A stretch of DNA of 64,000 nucleotides from Acidobacteriota bacterium (lineage in GTDB: Bacteria > Acidobacteriota > Thermoanaerobaculia > Multivoradales > UBA5704), in the NCBI GenBank assembly GCA_040005235.1, contig JBDTZG010000006.1, positions 89,496 to 153,495 on the forward strand. The letters are read 5' to 3'. A program made the position numbers and the translations under genes. Each line of letters opens with the position of its first letter. The first letter of the stretch is position 1. This document shows positions 28,080 to 38,802 of the stretch, one piece after another. The notes under the pieces were generated by a model that did no database searches, was not told the origin of the DNA, and worked only from the letters and a program-made list of their open reading frames with translations.

Positions 28080-30074
28080 CTAATGGCGGTTAATTTCGAC
28101 CGGGGGACGAAGGTCGCCGAGGCGGCAATCGGCGGCTGAAAAAAGCTCCGCCGAGGTGGTCGGCAGCCGGGTGGCCGCGGGAATCTCCGACCCCTCTTCC
28201 GCGCCGGAACGAATCCCCACTCCGCCTAAGTAGGCGCCCCACGGGAGGCGGCGAAACCAGTGGAGCGAGAAGCTGGCATCCGGGGTCTCCGCGCCGAAGG
28301 TGAGAAACGAGACCTCCCGCTCGGCCGCCGGTTCCCGCGCCGCAGCCAGGACCAGCGCCCGCCGCCATCCGGGCTCGACGCCGGAGAGCCGCTCGATCCG
28401 GGCAACCGCCGCGCGCCGCAGCTCACCGCGGCCCGGCTCATCGATCGCCTGGAGCAGCAACGGTTCGGCGAGCAGTGCCCGGGCGGCAACCGAGGCGGCA
28501 TCCGCGGGGGCCGGTTCGGCCCGCAGACGAAGCCAGGGGGCGAGCCCGTCGAACGGCGCCGCCCGGCAGGCGCGATCGAGCGCCGCGCCCGACCAGGGCC
28601 GGTGCGCGTCGATCCCCAGCTCTCCGGCCAGCAGCCAGAGCGGTGCGACGTCGCCCGCCGCCTGCGCTGCGCGAAGGGCATCCTCCGCATCGACCTCGGG
28701 GTCGCGTGCCCGATATGCCGCCCGCCGTGCCCGGTAGAGCCCGAAGGAAGGGTCTTCCGCGACGGCGGCATCGAGCGCCGCAATCGAGCGCGCGCGGTCG
28801 GTACCGATTGCCCGGTCGTATCTCTGGTGGGCGAGATCGAGCGGGAAAATAAGCACCAGGGCGGCGAGGGCCGCCGCGCGCAGCAGACCTACCGCCCGGC
28901 GGCTTGGCGGGACAGTCTCGGCCAGGCCGGGAGCGATCGCCGCACCCCCCGCGAGCACCGCCGCGACCGCCAGCGCGGTAACCGACCAGGCGCCGGAAGC
29001 GAAAGCGACCACCGCTCCGCCGAGCAGACCGAGAAGTCCGGCGCGCCGCAGCGGATCGGGCGCCGCGCGCTCCTCCCGAAGGCGCACACGGCCGAAGGTG
29101 AATGCGAGGCCGAGCGCGAGGATCAGGCCCGTTCCGCCCAGCTCGTAGCCGACCGTGAGCGGCAAGGCATGCAGCTCACCCACCGCTTCGCCGGGCGGGT
29201 TCGCTCCGGGAATAGGCACCAGAAACGGCGCGATCGTCCACGGGGTCGCCCCCGGTCCCCAGCCGAGCAGCGGGCGCTCGGCCCAACCGGAGAGCCCCGC
29301 CTTTAGGTACACCTGTCGCGCCGCGGCCGAAGCGTCGCTGCCGGAAAGGATCGAAAACCCGCGCGGGGCGAGAGCGACCGCAAACAGCAGCACCGCGAGC
29401 CCTAGAATCCGGCGTAACCGGCGGTCGCGCACCCAGAGGGCCGCGATGCCCGCCTCGACCAACCCCGCCGCGAGCCCGGCCGCCGAGCGAGAGACAACCA
29501 GCGCGAGGACTCCGAGAAGCCCCGCACCGATTCCGATCCCAAGGTGCCATCGCGCGGCGGGTTTCGAGACCGCCGGGAGCAGTGCGAGCGGCAGCACGAT
29601 AGTGAGCCACCCTGCGAGCAACCCGTGGTGGCCGAGCGGCAGGGAAGGGCGAGCCGAAACGCCGGCCGACCAGGCGACCAAAGCGTAGGCCGAAACCAGG
29701 GCCACGACGACCGCGACCGCGACCGTCGACCGCTCCCGCTCCGCGGCAAAGGCATGGGCGACAACCGGCATCAACAGGGCGAGAAGCACCGCCACCACGA
29801 TTCCCGCGCGCCCCGCCCGTGGTACCGGAGAGGCGAACAGGCTTGCGAGTGCCGAGATCGCCAACGCGACAGGCAGGTAGCGTCTGGATTTCCCCAACGC
29901 CAACGGGTCGAACGGTGCGCCGACGCGGCCGGCGAAACCGAACACCGCCAACCCGATCGCTAGATGGCCGAGGATCGCCCCGGCCGCGGTGGCCCCGCCG
30001 ACGAATGTCCCGGCATATCCGGCAAACAGAGCGAGTAGGAGTGCGGGCATCCACGCCAGAAACCGATCGCTCAT
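28080..30074 (-). CDS. O-antigen ligase/polymerase-like (Wzy_C) membrane protein with a soluble Ala-rich C-terminal domain
   Basis: At least 10 predicted TM helices, a loop ERPLLGWGPGATPW, and a TPR-like helical tail. Confidence 0.65.
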   Translation of the reverse strand: MSDRFLAWMPALLLALFAGYAGTFVGGATAAGAILGHLAIGLAVFGFAGRVGAPFDPLALGKSRRYLPVALAISALASLFASPVPRAGRAGIVVAVLLALLMPVVAHAFAAERERSTVAVAVVVALVSAYALVAWSAGVSARPSLPLGHHGLLAGWLTIVLPLALLPAVSKPAARWHLGIGIGAGLLGVLALVVSRSAAGLAAGLVEAGIAALWVRDRRLRRILGLAVLLFAVALAPRGFSILSGSDASAAARQVYLKAGLSGWAERPLLGWGPGATPWTIAPFLVPIPGANPPGEAVGELHALPLTVGYELGGTGLILALGLAFTFGRVRLREERAAPDPLRRAGLLGLLGGAVVAFASGAWSVTALAVAAVLAGGAAIAPGLAETVPPSRRAVGLLRAAALAALVLIFPLDLAHQRYDRAIGTDRARSIAALDAAVAEDPSFGLYRARRAAYRARDPEVDAEDALRAAQAAGDVAPLWLLAGELGIDAHRPWSGAALDRACRAAPFDGLAPWLRLRAEPAPADAASVAARALLAEPLLLQAIDEPGRGELRRAAVARIERLSGVEPGWRRALVLAAAREPAAEREVSFLTFGAETPDASFSLHWFRRLPWGAYLGGVGIRSGAEEGSEIPAATRLPTTSAELFSAADCRLGDLRPPVEINRH

Positions 30075-30077
30075 CCC

Positions 30078-30836
30078 CTACCGCCCCCGGATTTGTTCGA
30101 GCACCAGCCGGCTCTTCAATTCGTGCTGGAGGAATCCGCAGCGCACTTCGGCGCACAATGCCTCGACCTGACGCAAAACCTTCTCGCCGGGAGGAGGCTC
30201 GGCCGCGAGCGCCGGGCCGACGCGGCCGATCCGCAGCAGGAATTCGATCGTCCCGGGCAGCAAGGATTTCAGGGGCCGCCCATCGCGCCCGCCGCACTCG
30301 GCGCATAGCAGACTGTCGCCGCCGCGCGGCAGGACCGCCCCCTTGGCAGTGAAGTCGCCGCCGCATTCCGGACAGTCGCGCGGCGCGGGGAAGATCCCGG
30401 CCAGGCGCAGCACCCAGGCTTCGAAATAGCGCGCGACCGCATCGCGATCGACGCCGCCGAGCAACGCTTCGAGCGTCGCGTCGAGCAGCCGGTAGAGCGG
30501 TTCGCTCGGCTCGTCCTCCTGCGCGAACTCGATCAGATGCTCGGCGAGGTAGGAGCCGAGCAGGATGTCGTCCAAGTCTTCGAGCAACTTTCCCGCTGGA
30601 CGGATCAGCTCGACCGAGGAAATTCTCACCAGGTCGCTTCCGTCCTTTTGAAACCAGGTCATCGCCGCCTTGGCGAGCGGCTGGAGCTCCCCGGCGAATC
30701 GGCTGTGGCGTGCCCGGGAACCCTTCGCCACCCCTTTCTTCTTGCCGTGCTCGCGGGTGAGGAAGACGACGATTCGATCGCGGTCAGAAAGATCGGCGAC
30801 GGAGAGGATCAGAGCTTCGGCGGATTCGAGCGGCAC
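30078..30836 (-). CDS. recO: DNA repair protein RecO
   Basis: N-terminal OB fold (AEALILSVADLSDRDRIVVFLTREHGKKKGVAKGSR) and a Cys4 zinc motif (CPECGG...CAECGG). Confidence 0.88.
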   Translation of the reverse strand: MPLESAEALILSVADLSDRDRIVVFLTREHGKKKGVAKGSRARHSRFAGELQPLAKAAMTWFQKDGSDLVRISSVELIRPAGKLLEDLDDILLGSYLAEHLIEFAQEDEPSEPLYRLLDATLEALLGGVDRDAVARYFEAWVLRLAGIFPAPRDCPECGGDFTAKGAVLPRGGDSLLCAECGGRDGRPLKSLLPGTIEFLLRIGRVGPALAAEPPPGEKVLRQVEALCAEVRCGFLQHELKSRLVLEQIRGR

Positions 30837-30874
30837 GGCGGACGGCAGTGTATCCGCCTGGTAGGCTAGGCAGA

Positions 30875-31909
30875 ATGATCGGCAGAAAGAAGAACGGCGG
30901 CGGCGCAGCCGTGGCGGCGGATTCGGCCACCCTGCACGACCCCAATCATGACCCCAACCGCGACCTCGGTTTCGGCGCGGTGGTCTCGCGCGAGAGCCGG
31001 CAGCGGCTGCTCAACCGGAACGGCGGCTTCAACGTCGTCCGCGAGGGGCTCGGCTTCTGGCAGTCGCTCTCGCCCTATCATCTGCTGCTCACCACCAGCT
31101 GGCCGCGGTTCCTCGGCTTGGTCCTGCTCACCTACCTCGGGATCAACGCGCTGTTCGCCGCCGCGTTCTTCGCCTGCGGCCCCGCCGCCCTGTCCGGAAT
31201 CGACCACTCGGCCAGCGCGATGGGCCTCTTCCTCCAGGATTTCTTCTTCAGCGTCGAGACCTTCGCTACGATCGGCTATGGCACGCTCAGCCCCCAGAGC
31301 CTCGCCGCGAACTGGCTGATGACCATCGAATCGCTCGCCGGCTTGCTCGGCTTCGCGCTCGCCACCGGTTTGGTGTTCTCGCGCTTCGCGCGGCCGGGGG
31401 CCTGCATCCTGTTTTCCGACAAGGCGATCTTCGCGCCTTTCCGCGACGGCACCGCGCTCATGTTCCGGATCGCCAACCGGCGTTCGACCCAGCTGTTCGA
31501 GGTGAAGACCAAGGTGATCATGGGCCGGTTCCGTAAAGGCACCCCCGGGGCCGGCCGGGAGTTTCTACCGCTCACCCTTGAGCGCGACCGGGTGGATTTC
31601 TTCCCGCTCTCCTGGACGCTGGTCCACCCGATCGACCCTTCGAGCCCGATGTGGGGTTGGACCTACGAACAGATCCAAGCCGCCAGCACCGAGCTGCTGG
31701 TGATGATCCAGGGCTTCGACGAGACGTTCTCGCAAACGGTCCATACCCGCTCGTCGTACACCGCAGACGAGATGATCTGGGGCGCCCGCTTCACCAACCT
31801 GTTCAACCCGCCGATGCCCGACGGCACCATCTCGATCGACGTCGGTAAGCTCCACGACACCGAGCCCGCCGAACTGCCGGTTCCACTCGCCCTGCCGGAA
31901 AGCCCGTAA
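30875..31909 (+). CDS. Inward-rectifier-type K+ channel (KirBac-like)
   Basis: Two TM helices flank the pore helix and TIGYG selectivity filter (SVETFATIGYGTLSP), followed by a beta-rich cytoplasmic domain. ATG at 30875. Confidence 0.85.
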   Translation: MIGRKKNGGGAAVAADSATLHDPNHDPNRDLGFGAVVSRESRQRLLNRNGGFNVVREGLGFWQSLSPYHLLLTTSWPRFLGLVLLTYLGINALFAAAFFACGPAALSGIDHSASAMGLFLQDFFFSVETFATIGYGTLSPQSLAANWLMTIESLAGLLGFALATGLVFSRFARPGACILFSDKAIFAPFRDGTALMFRIANRRSTQLFEVKTKVIMGRFRKGTPGAGREFLPLTLERDRVDFFPLSWTLVHPIDPSSPMWGWTYEQIQAASTELLVMIQGFDETFSQTVHTRSSYTADEMIWGARFTNLFNPPMPDGTISIDVGKLHDTEPAELPVPLALPESP

Positions 31910-31920
31910 GCGGGCGGCCC

Positions 31921-32526
31921 TTGGCACCCATGCCTTCCGAATACGATCCGCTTTTCGCGCGCGCCCAACGGGGAGACGAAAGCGGCGACCTCGAACCGGT
32001 TCGCGACCGCTTCCTCGCCGCTTCGAAGCCTTACCTGCGCGCCTACTGGACCTGGCTCGCTTGGGCGTTGATCCTCCCCGCGGCGGCGTTTCTCACCCCG
32101 ACGGCGCTTTCGTACCGCGGCCCGCGCGGCGTGTTGTTCCTCTGGTCGATCGCGATCCTGCTCGGCGGAGCGGTCGAGTTCGTGGCGATCCGCAAAGCCG
32201 GCCAAACCGCCCCGGTCAGCGGCCTCGCCCGCTGGGCTCTCCGCGCGCAAGGAAACCTCTCCTTCGTCGCTGTCCTGCTCTCCGGCCTACTGTTTTGGGT
32301 CGACGCGGCCTGGGCCGTGCCGGGCGTCTGGCTTCTGCTGCTCGGCCACTCGTTCTATATCTTGGGGGGAATCTCATTCCCGCCGTTTCGCCGTTACGGC
32401 CTGATCTACCAGATCGGAGGCTTCGCCGCGCTCTGGCCAGGCGGCGCTCCGCTTCTGGTGCTCGCCGTCACCCTGTTTATGGGGAACCTATGGATGGCTT
32501 GGGCAGTCTGGCGGGAGCGGGCTTAG
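31921..32526 (+). CDS. Hypothetical integral membrane protein
   Basis: 201-aa ORF with 5-6 hydrophobic helices. The start could be the ATG at 31930. Confidence 0.55.
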   Translation: MAPMPSEYDPLFARAQRGDESGDLEPVRDRFLAASKPYLRAYWTWLAWALILPAAAFLTPTALSYRGPRGVLFLWSIAILLGGAVEFVAIRKAGQTAPVSGLARWALRAQGNLSFVAVLLSGLLFWVDAAWAVPGVWLLLLGHSFYILGGISFPPFRRYGLIYQIGGFAALWPGGAPLLVLAVTLFMGNLWMAWAVWRERA

Positions 32527-33677
32527 ATCGCCGTCCCCCGATAGACCGCCCCGATGAACGGCCCGGATTCGAAGGCCGCGCGGTCGATCTGGCTTTGGAA
32601 GCAGACGCCGCGGGGGCCGTCGGGTTGCAGAACCATGCGAATCGATTCGGCGAGGGCCGAGGTCGTGGTGGTCTGGATCGCCTTCAATCGCCGGGCTCCG
32701 ATCTGCATCGGGCCGACCCTGTAGGCGATCTCCCGGCGATGCAGCTCGCCGTAAGCGTTCTTTCCCTGAACGGCGGCATAAACCAGGACGAGGTCATCGC
32801 CGTCGGTGTGCGGCACCTGTTCGAGCATCCGGTGGTGGAGGAACTGCGCCGCGTCTTCTCCCGGCGGGCGCTCGGCGAGCTGCGCTTCGACCCAGGCGTA
32901 GTGGCCCGGATAGCGGAGCGTCTTGTAATCCAGGTTGCGCACCTTGCCGGCGAGGGCGCGCGGCAGGTCGGCGGCGCCGCCTGAGGTGAGCGCCTCTTCG
33001 TAGAGGATGCCGCCGAGCAGCAGATTGCGCCGCTCAGAAAGGGAGGGAAGCTCGGTGGTCGCAAAATCGCGCACGGCGATCGCTGGCTTGACGTATTCGG
33101 TCGCGACGCCGATCGAGCTCCAGGTGAAGCCGTAGCAGTGTGGCGAGGGGGCGTGCGGGGTAAGGGCGCCCACCCGCATTTCGATCGAATCGACCGCGGT
33201 GACGCCGTGGTCGCGGCAGAAGTCCAAGAACAGGCCGTGCCCGAGGATGTTGACGTAGCCGGGGGCGATGCCGGTCTGGACCACGAAACCGGTATCGGCG
33301 CCGCGGGCGATCTCGACCACCTGGTCCGTCTCGTGGACGTATTCGGTCAGGTTCGCATAGTGCAGGTTCCGTTCTCGGGCGAAACGCGCCATGCGCGGTG
33401 CCTCGGCCCCCGGCAGACAGTCGAGCAGGGCGTCGCCGCCGTCGAGAATCTGCTCCAGCTCGGGGCTCGAACCGGTCGCCGGCATCAGGAAAGGCTCGAC
33501 CGTGCCAGGCCGGCTCGATCCATCGGCGATCCAGGCGGCGGCCGTTTTCGCCCGCGGCAGGTCGACGTCGCCGATCCATAGTTCGACCTCGAAATCTGCC
33601 AACTCGCGCAACATCAGGCCTACCGCGCTGCCCATCCCGCCGGCGCCCGCGATGACGATCTTGTGCCTGGCATCCAT
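32523..33677 (-). CDS. Saccharopine dehydrogenase-family NAD(P)-binding oxidoreductase
   Basis: KIVIAGAGGMGSAVG Rossmann motif. Length and layout match saccharopine/lysine dehydrogenase-like proteins. Confidence 0.75.
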   Translation of the reverse strand: MDARHKIVIAGAGGMGSAVGLMLRELADFEVELWIGDVDLPRAKTAAAWIADGSSRPGTVEPFLMPATGSSPELEQILDGGDALLDCLPGAEAPRMARFARERNLHYANLTEYVHETDQVVEIARGADTGFVVQTGIAPGYVNILGHGLFLDFCRDHGVTAVDSIEMRVGALTPHAPSPHCYGFTWSSIGVATEYVKPAIAVRDFATTELPSLSERRNLLLGGILYEEALTSGGAADLPRALAGKVRNLDYKTLRYPGHYAWVEAQLAERPPGEDAAQFLHHRMLEQVPHTDGDDLVLVYAAVQGKNAYGELHRREIAYRVGPMQIGARRLKAIQTTTTSALAESIRMVLQPDGPRGVCFQSQIDRAAFESGPFIGAVYRGTAI

Positions 33678-33813
33678 GATTTGGAGAGCCCCCGCCCCCT
33701 AGGAACCGATTGGAATCAGGATTGAGTCGGAAATTTAGCGGTCTACGGGCGTCCTAAAACCGCCCGCGGCAAAGCCGGCGGATGCTAGCACCCGGTCCTT
33801 AAAGGGGTCAAAC

Positions 33814-35232
33814 CTACGGCACTGCATAGCCGAGAGCTTCGAGCTTCTTCCTCTGCTCGGGAGAGATCTCCTGCTTTTTCGCCTTGCCGGTTCCGGGGAG
33901 GGCGGCAAAACGCTGGTCGAGATGACGGGCCAGATCGCGAACGTGGGCCGGATCGCCCAGGGCGAGGTTGGTCCGCTCGCCGGGATCCTTCTCCAGGTCG
34001 TACAGCTCGGCCGGGGCGATCGGGTAATGCCCGGGAGGGGCCTTCGGAATGCAGACCGGCTCATACCCCTGGGGGTTCCAGATCAGCTTGAAGCGCCCTT
34101 CGTGAATCGTTCGGATGGGACCTAGGCCGTACTCCGAAAACGACGGTTTGCCGGCGCCCCCCGCACCTGGCCGTTCGAGGTAGGGTACGAGGGACCGGCC
34201 GTGCTCGACCGGAGGGGCTATCCCCAGCAGGGCGTAGATCGTGGGGGTCACGTCCGCCAGCTCGACCCGCTGCGGCACGCTCGCGCCGGCCGGGACCAGG
34301 CCGGGGGCGACGATAGCGAACGGTACGTGGAGGGCGTCCTGGTAGACCGAGCAGGAGTGGTAAAGATAGCCATTGTGACCGTACAGCTCCTCACCGTGAT
34401 CGGCGAGTAGGACGATCAGCGTCCGGTCGAGCTTGCCCGCCGCGCGGAGGCCGTCGAGCAGGTTGCCCACGTGGCGGTCGCTGCCGATCACGGCGGCATC
34501 GTAGATCGCGTCGAGATGGGTGAGATCGCGCGGGGAGAGAGCGAGCTTTTCCAGATGGACCCGGTCGAGCTGCCAGCGTTTCGTGCCGAGCGGCCCTTCA
34601 TACCCCGGGTCGAGCACCCGGGCCGCGAGATCGCCGCCGTTGTAATACGGGCCGTGGGCGCCGAACAGGTGGATCCAGAGCAGGAACGGCTGCTTGCCCT
34701 CTCGCGAGCGACCCCAATCGATGGCGCGCTGGACCGTTTTGCCGTCCTCGCCGCCGGTGCAGGCGAACGCGTCCCACCCTTGGTGGTTCGCCTTGCACAT
34801 ATTGGAGAGGAACGCCCCGGTCTGGTAGCCCGATCCTTTCAGCTCGATCGGCAGAGTCGGAAGACCGTCCGGAAAGCCATAGCCGTTTTCGAGCACGCCA
34901 TGCCCTGACGGATAGAGCCCCGAAAGGACGGTCGCGAGAGAAGGCCAGGTGGCGGCCCGCTGCGCGTCCGCGCCGTCGAAGCGCACCCCCTGGCCGATCA
35001 GCTGGTCCATTCGCGGGCTGTTTTCTGGACCCGGCCTCTGGGGCCGGTAGCCGTAGGCGCCCATCCGATCGGCGCGCAGCGTATCGACCGAGAGCAGCAG
35101 GACGTTCCACCCCTTCGCCGCCCCGGCGAGCACCGGCCGTTCCGGCGGCTTTTCGCGCGGGCAGCCGGCGAGCAGAGCGACGAACGGGATCAGCAGGAGG
35201 AACGGTATCGGGCGTTTGGCAGAGGCAAACAT
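33814..35232 (-). CDS. Sulfatase-like hydrolase/transferase (alkaline phosphatase superfamily), lipoprotein
   Basis: Lipobox LLAGC. Motifs LLLSVDTLRADRMGAYGY (Thr at the nucleophile position rather than Cys/Ser-x-P-x-R) and LADHGEELYGHNGYLYH. Confidence 0.8.
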   Translation of the reverse strand: MFASAKRPIPFLLLIPFVALLAGCPREKPPERPVLAGAAKGWNVLLLSVDTLRADRMGAYGYRPQRPGPENSPRMDQLIGQGVRFDGADAQRAATWPSLATVLSGLYPSGHGVLENGYGFPDGLPTLPIELKGSGYQTGAFLSNMCKANHQGWDAFACTGGEDGKTVQRAIDWGRSREGKQPFLLWIHLFGAHGPYYNGGDLAARVLDPGYEGPLGTKRWQLDRVHLEKLALSPRDLTHLDAIYDAAVIGSDRHVGNLLDGLRAAGKLDRTLIVLLADHGEELYGHNGYLYHSCSVYQDALHVPFAIVAPGLVPAGASVPQRVELADVTPTIYALLGIAPPVEHGRSLVPYLERPGAGGAGKPSFSEYGLGPIRTIHEGRFKLIWNPQGYEPVCIPKAPPGHYPIAPAELYDLEKDPGERTNLALGDPAHVRDLARHLDQRFAALPGTGKAKKQEISPEQRKKLEALGYAVP

Positions 35233-35371
35233 CGAGGCCGAGATTGTAGCCTGGTCGGGCGCCAGAGACCTGGCCGCATCCTCACCTCATCCTCACCTCG
35301 AATCCATCGCCATCCACATCCCCACGCCGTACCTTCCCTTCGAACGCTTCACCCCTTCGGAGGAACCCTCC

Positions 35372-36202
35372 ATGCTCTCTTCCCCTTTCTCCCGCCGTCA
35401 TCTGCTCGCCGCCGGATCAACTCTTCTGCTCGCCCGCCCGGGCTTCTCCGCCGACCCGGCGAGCGTCGCATCTCCTCCTGCCTCCCCTTCCCCCGTGCCC
35501 GACACCTTCCCGGCCGAACCGGCGGAGTTGGTGCGCGAGATGGTCGGGGTTTCCCATTTCAAACTCGCCCGGGTCCGCGAGCTGGTGGAAGCTCGGCCGG
35601 CGCTCGCCCGGGCGACGTGGGATTGGGGATACGGCGATTTCGAGAGCGCGCTTGGTGCGGCGTCTCATGTCGGCAACCACGAGATCGCCGAGCTTTTGAT
35701 CGCCCACGGGGCGCGCCCCGATCTGTTCTCGGCGACCATGCTCGGGCACTTGGAAGTGGTCAAAGCCTGGATCGCCGCCGTGCCTGGCGCGCAGAAGATT
35801 ACCGGCCCGCACGGAATCACCTTGCTGTCCCATGCGAAGGCCGGGGGCGAGAAGGCGCTCCCCGTGTTGCGCTACTTGGATGCCCTCGGCGACGCCGACC
35901 CGAAAGCCGCTCTCCAGCCGCTCGCCGACGCCGATCGCGACGCCGTGCTCGGCAGCTACCTGTTCGGCCCGGGCAAGCAGGACGTCCTGGTGGTCGAAAT
36001 GGCCCAGGTGAGCGCCGCCGGCAAAAGCCTCGCGGTGCGCCGGGGGGACGGTACGCCCCGGGCGCTTTCCCACCGAGGCGAGCGAGCGTTTTCCCCGGCG
36101 GGGGCCGAGGCGGTCCGCCTGCGCTTTTCGGCGGAAACGCCCGCCGCAACCTTCACGGTCTGGGACCGCGGGCTGCTGGTTACGGCGAAGCGGGCGGGGT
36201 AG
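35372..36202 (+). CDS. Exported ankyrin-repeat protein (Tat-type signal)
   Basis: GGAGGA SD 8 nt upstream of the ATG at 35372. Signal MLSSPFSRRHLLAAGSTLLLARPGFSA. Ankyrin repeats (ALGAASHVGNHEIAELLIAHGARPD ...). Confidence 0.75.
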   Translation: MLSSPFSRRHLLAAGSTLLLARPGFSADPASVASPPASPSPVPDTFPAEPAELVREMVGVSHFKLARVRELVEARPALARATWDWGYGDFESALGAASHVGNHEIAELLIAHGARPDLFSATMLGHLEVVKAWIAAVPGAQKITGPHGITLLSHAKAGGEKALPVLRYLDALGDADPKAALQPLADADRDAVLGSYLFGPGKQDVLVVEMAQVSAAGKSLAVRRGDGTPRALSHRGERAFSPAGAEAVRLRFSAETPAATFTVWDRGLLVTAKRAG

Positions 36203-36323
36203 CTTTTTCCCTGGAGCGCCGCGGGTACAATCCCCTCTGTCACGCCGATGTCACCCCGTGACATCCGCGCTCGTGGCAGCATCTCGTGCCGCTCCGCCTT
36301 TCCGCCGTTTGAGGACCCATCCC

Positions 36324-38429
36324 GTGGCCACCGCCAAGAAACGCCCCCGCCGCACCCCGCCCTCGGTTTCCGAGGCGCCGGCCCTGTTCTTCAATCGCGA
36401 GCTCTCCTGGATCGATTTCAACGCCCGGGTGCTGGCGGAGGCGGAGGACGGAACGAACCCGCTGCTCGAACGGCTGCGATTCGTCGCGATCTTCGACAGC
36501 AACCTGGACGAGTTCTTCATGAAGCGGGTCGGCGGCTTGAAGCAGCAGGTTGCGAGCAACCTGCGGCAGTTGACGCCGGACGGCCGAACCCCGGTTCAGC
36601 AGCTCACCGAGATCCAGGATCGGGTGCGCCCCCTACTCGATCGGCAAAGGCGCCTGCTGCGCGAGGACCTGCGCCCGGCGCTCGGCCTCCACGGGTTGGA
36701 GATCGTCGGCTGGGATCGCCTCAATATCCAGGAGCGAAGCTATCTGGGTGGCGAGTTCGAGAAGCGGTTGTTTCCGATCCTCACGCCGCTCGCGGTCGAT
36801 CCGGCACATCCGTTCCCCTTCATTTCGAATCTGTCGATCTCGCTCGCGGTCGCGGTGCGCGCGCCGGACGACGAGAAGGTCCGTTTCGCCCGGGTAAAGG
36901 TGCCCGGCAGTCTGCCGCGTTTTCTGCAGCTGCCGGACACCCTCCGCTACGTGGCGCTCGAAGAGGTGATCAAGCATCACCTGGTGCGCCTGTTTCCGGG
37001 GATGGAGATCGTCGCCTGCCATCCGTTCCGGGTCACCCGGAACGCGGACGTCCAGCGCTACGAGGAACCCGCCGACGACCTGCTCGAATCGATCCAGGAA
37101 GAGCTGCGCGAGCGGCGCTTCGCCACGGTGGTGCGGATCGAGATCGAGACCGGCATGCCGGATTGGATGTGCGAGCTGCTGTGCGATGAGCTGGAGATCG
37201 CGACCGACGAGGTCTTCGAGGTCGAAGCCCCGCTGGGCTTGAAAGACCTGACGGTGCTCTGCGCCGCGCCTCTTCCGGCGCTCAAGTTCGGGACCTGGAC
37301 GCCGCAGACGCCGCCGCGCCTCCATGCCGAGCCGGGCGAGGAGGTCGACATCTTCCGCGCCATCGCGGCGGGCGATCTTCTGGTCCATCATCCCTACGAT
37401 TCGTTCCCGGCGAGCGTGCAGCGCTTTCTCGATGCTGCGGCCGACGACCCGGCAGTGCTCGGGATCAAGCAGACGCTCTACCGCACGTCGTCCGACTCCT
37501 CGATCATGCGCTCGCTGATCCGCGCGGCCGGTGCGGGCAAGCAGGTTGCGGCGACGATCGAGCTCAAGGCGCGCTTCGACGAAGAGCGGAACATCGGCTG
37601 GGCCGAGGCGCTCGAAGAGGCGGGCGCCCACGTCGCTTACGGCGTGGTCGGCTTCAAAACCCACACGAAGGTCGCCCTCGTCGTCCGGCAGGAGAAAGAC
37701 GCGATCCGCACCTATGTCCACATCGCGACCGGCAATTACAACGCCGAGACCGCGCGGGTCTACACCGACCTTGGCCTATTCTCGTGCAGCGAGGCGCTCG
37801 CGGCGGACGTCGGCCAGCTGTTCAACGTGCTCACCGGCTACGTCCATCAGCCGACGTTCGAAAAACTGCTGGTGGCGCCGTTCAACATGCGTCGCCGCTT
37901 CCTGGAGCTGATCGCGCGCGAGGTCGAGCATCAGAAGGCGGGGCGCGGCGGCCATGTGCTCGCCAAGATGAACTCGCTCGAAGACCCGCAGATCGTGGAA
38001 GCTTTGTACGACGCGAGCGCCCAAGGGGTCCGGATCGATCTGATCGTCCGCGGCATCTGCCGCCTGCGTCCGGGGGTCCCGGGGCGGAGCGAGACCGTCC
38101 GGGTGCTGTCGATCGTCGGCCGGTTTCTCGAACACGCCCGGATCTTCTATTTCGGCAACGGCGGGGCGCCCGAGTACTTCATCGGCTCGGCCGACTGGAT
38201 GTCGAGAAACCTCGACTACCGGGTGGAAGCGATCGCCCCGGTCGAAGATCCGGCGCTCCAGGCGGAGCTTCTCGAAGTGATCGACCTCCAGCTGGCGGAC
38301 AACGTCAAAGCCTGGGATCTCCACGCCGACGGCACCTACGTCCAACGCCGCCCGGCCCCGGGCGAGGAGCCGCGCAATTCCCAGGAGCTGCTGATGGCCC
38401 GGGCGGCGGCACGGACAGGAAAGGCGTGA
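36324..38429 (+). CDS. ppk1: Polyphosphate kinase 1
   Basis: FFNRELSWIDFNARVL N-terminus, GFKTHTKVALVVR (phospho-His region), and two PLD-like C domains. The start is uncertain (GTG 36324 chosen; the listed ORF begins at 36258). Confidence 0.9.
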   Translation: MATAKKRPRRTPPSVSEAPALFFNRELSWIDFNARVLAEAEDGTNPLLERLRFVAIFDSNLDEFFMKRVGGLKQQVASNLRQLTPDGRTPVQQLTEIQDRVRPLLDRQRRLLREDLRPALGLHGLEIVGWDRLNIQERSYLGGEFEKRLFPILTPLAVDPAHPFPFISNLSISLAVAVRAPDDEKVRFARVKVPGSLPRFLQLPDTLRYVALEEVIKHHLVRLFPGMEIVACHPFRVTRNADVQRYEEPADDLLESIQEELRERRFATVVRIEIETGMPDWMCELLCDELEIATDEVFEVEAPLGLKDLTVLCAAPLPALKFGTWTPQTPPRLHAEPGEEVDIFRAIAAGDLLVHHPYDSFPASVQRFLDAAADDPAVLGIKQTLYRTSSDSSIMRSLIRAAGAGKQVAATIELKARFDEERNIGWAEALEEAGAHVAYGVVGFKTHTKVALVVRQEKDAIRTYVHIATGNYNAETARVYTDLGLFSCSEALAADVGQLFNVLTGYVHQPTFEKLLVAPFNMRRRFLELIAREVEHQKAGRGGHVLAKMNSLEDPQIVEALYDASAQGVRIDLIVRGICRLRPGVPGRSETVRVLSIVGRFLEHARIFYFGNGGAPEYFIGSADWMSRNLDYRVEAIAPVEDPALQAELLEVIDLQLADNVKAWDLHADGTYVQRRPAPGEEPRNSQELLMARAAARTGKA

Positions 38430-38591
38430 AGAAAGACGGAATCGCCTCCGGGAAGAGGTGCGATGCTCCCCGGCATCGAGGCACCGGCTCTCGGCCGAAG
38501 TACTTTGGAATCCGTTCTTTGTACCCAGGTTACCGGATCCGATGCGTCACGTTTCGGCAGCGGGGCTCAGGCTGCGGCAAGCAGACGCACA

Positions 38592-38802
38592 GCGCTGTGC
38601 ACCCCTGCAATTCTCCAATGCACCTGTGCGCCGGCAGATTGCACAGGTGCAAAACGCTGGAGCACCACTGCAAAGTTGCAGCGCACCTTTGCGCCGCGGC
38701 AGTGCGCCTGTGCAGTAGGAAATTGCACAAGTACAGAATGCTGGCGCACCACTACAAAATCGTAGCGCACCTATGCACTGCGGCGTTGCACGGGTGCAAA
38801 AC
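38592..38802. repeat. Tandem repeat of 3 units (64, 84, 63 bp) rich in short palindromes
   Basis: Units are 38592-38655, 38656-38739 and 38740-38802. Shared core: GCTGG(A/C)GCACCACT(G/A)CAAA..G.AGCGCACCT.TGC...GCGGC...TTGCAC(A/G)(G/A)GT(G/A)CA(A/G)AA(C/T). All six frames are open across it. Confidence 0.85.

Noticed and set aside
38592-38802. CRISPR array interpretation of the tandem repeats here and at 21490-21720.
   Set aside because: Nearly the whole unit is conserved with no unique spacers. The unit sizes (63-84 bp and 21 bp) and the absence of cas genes do not fit a CRISPR array.
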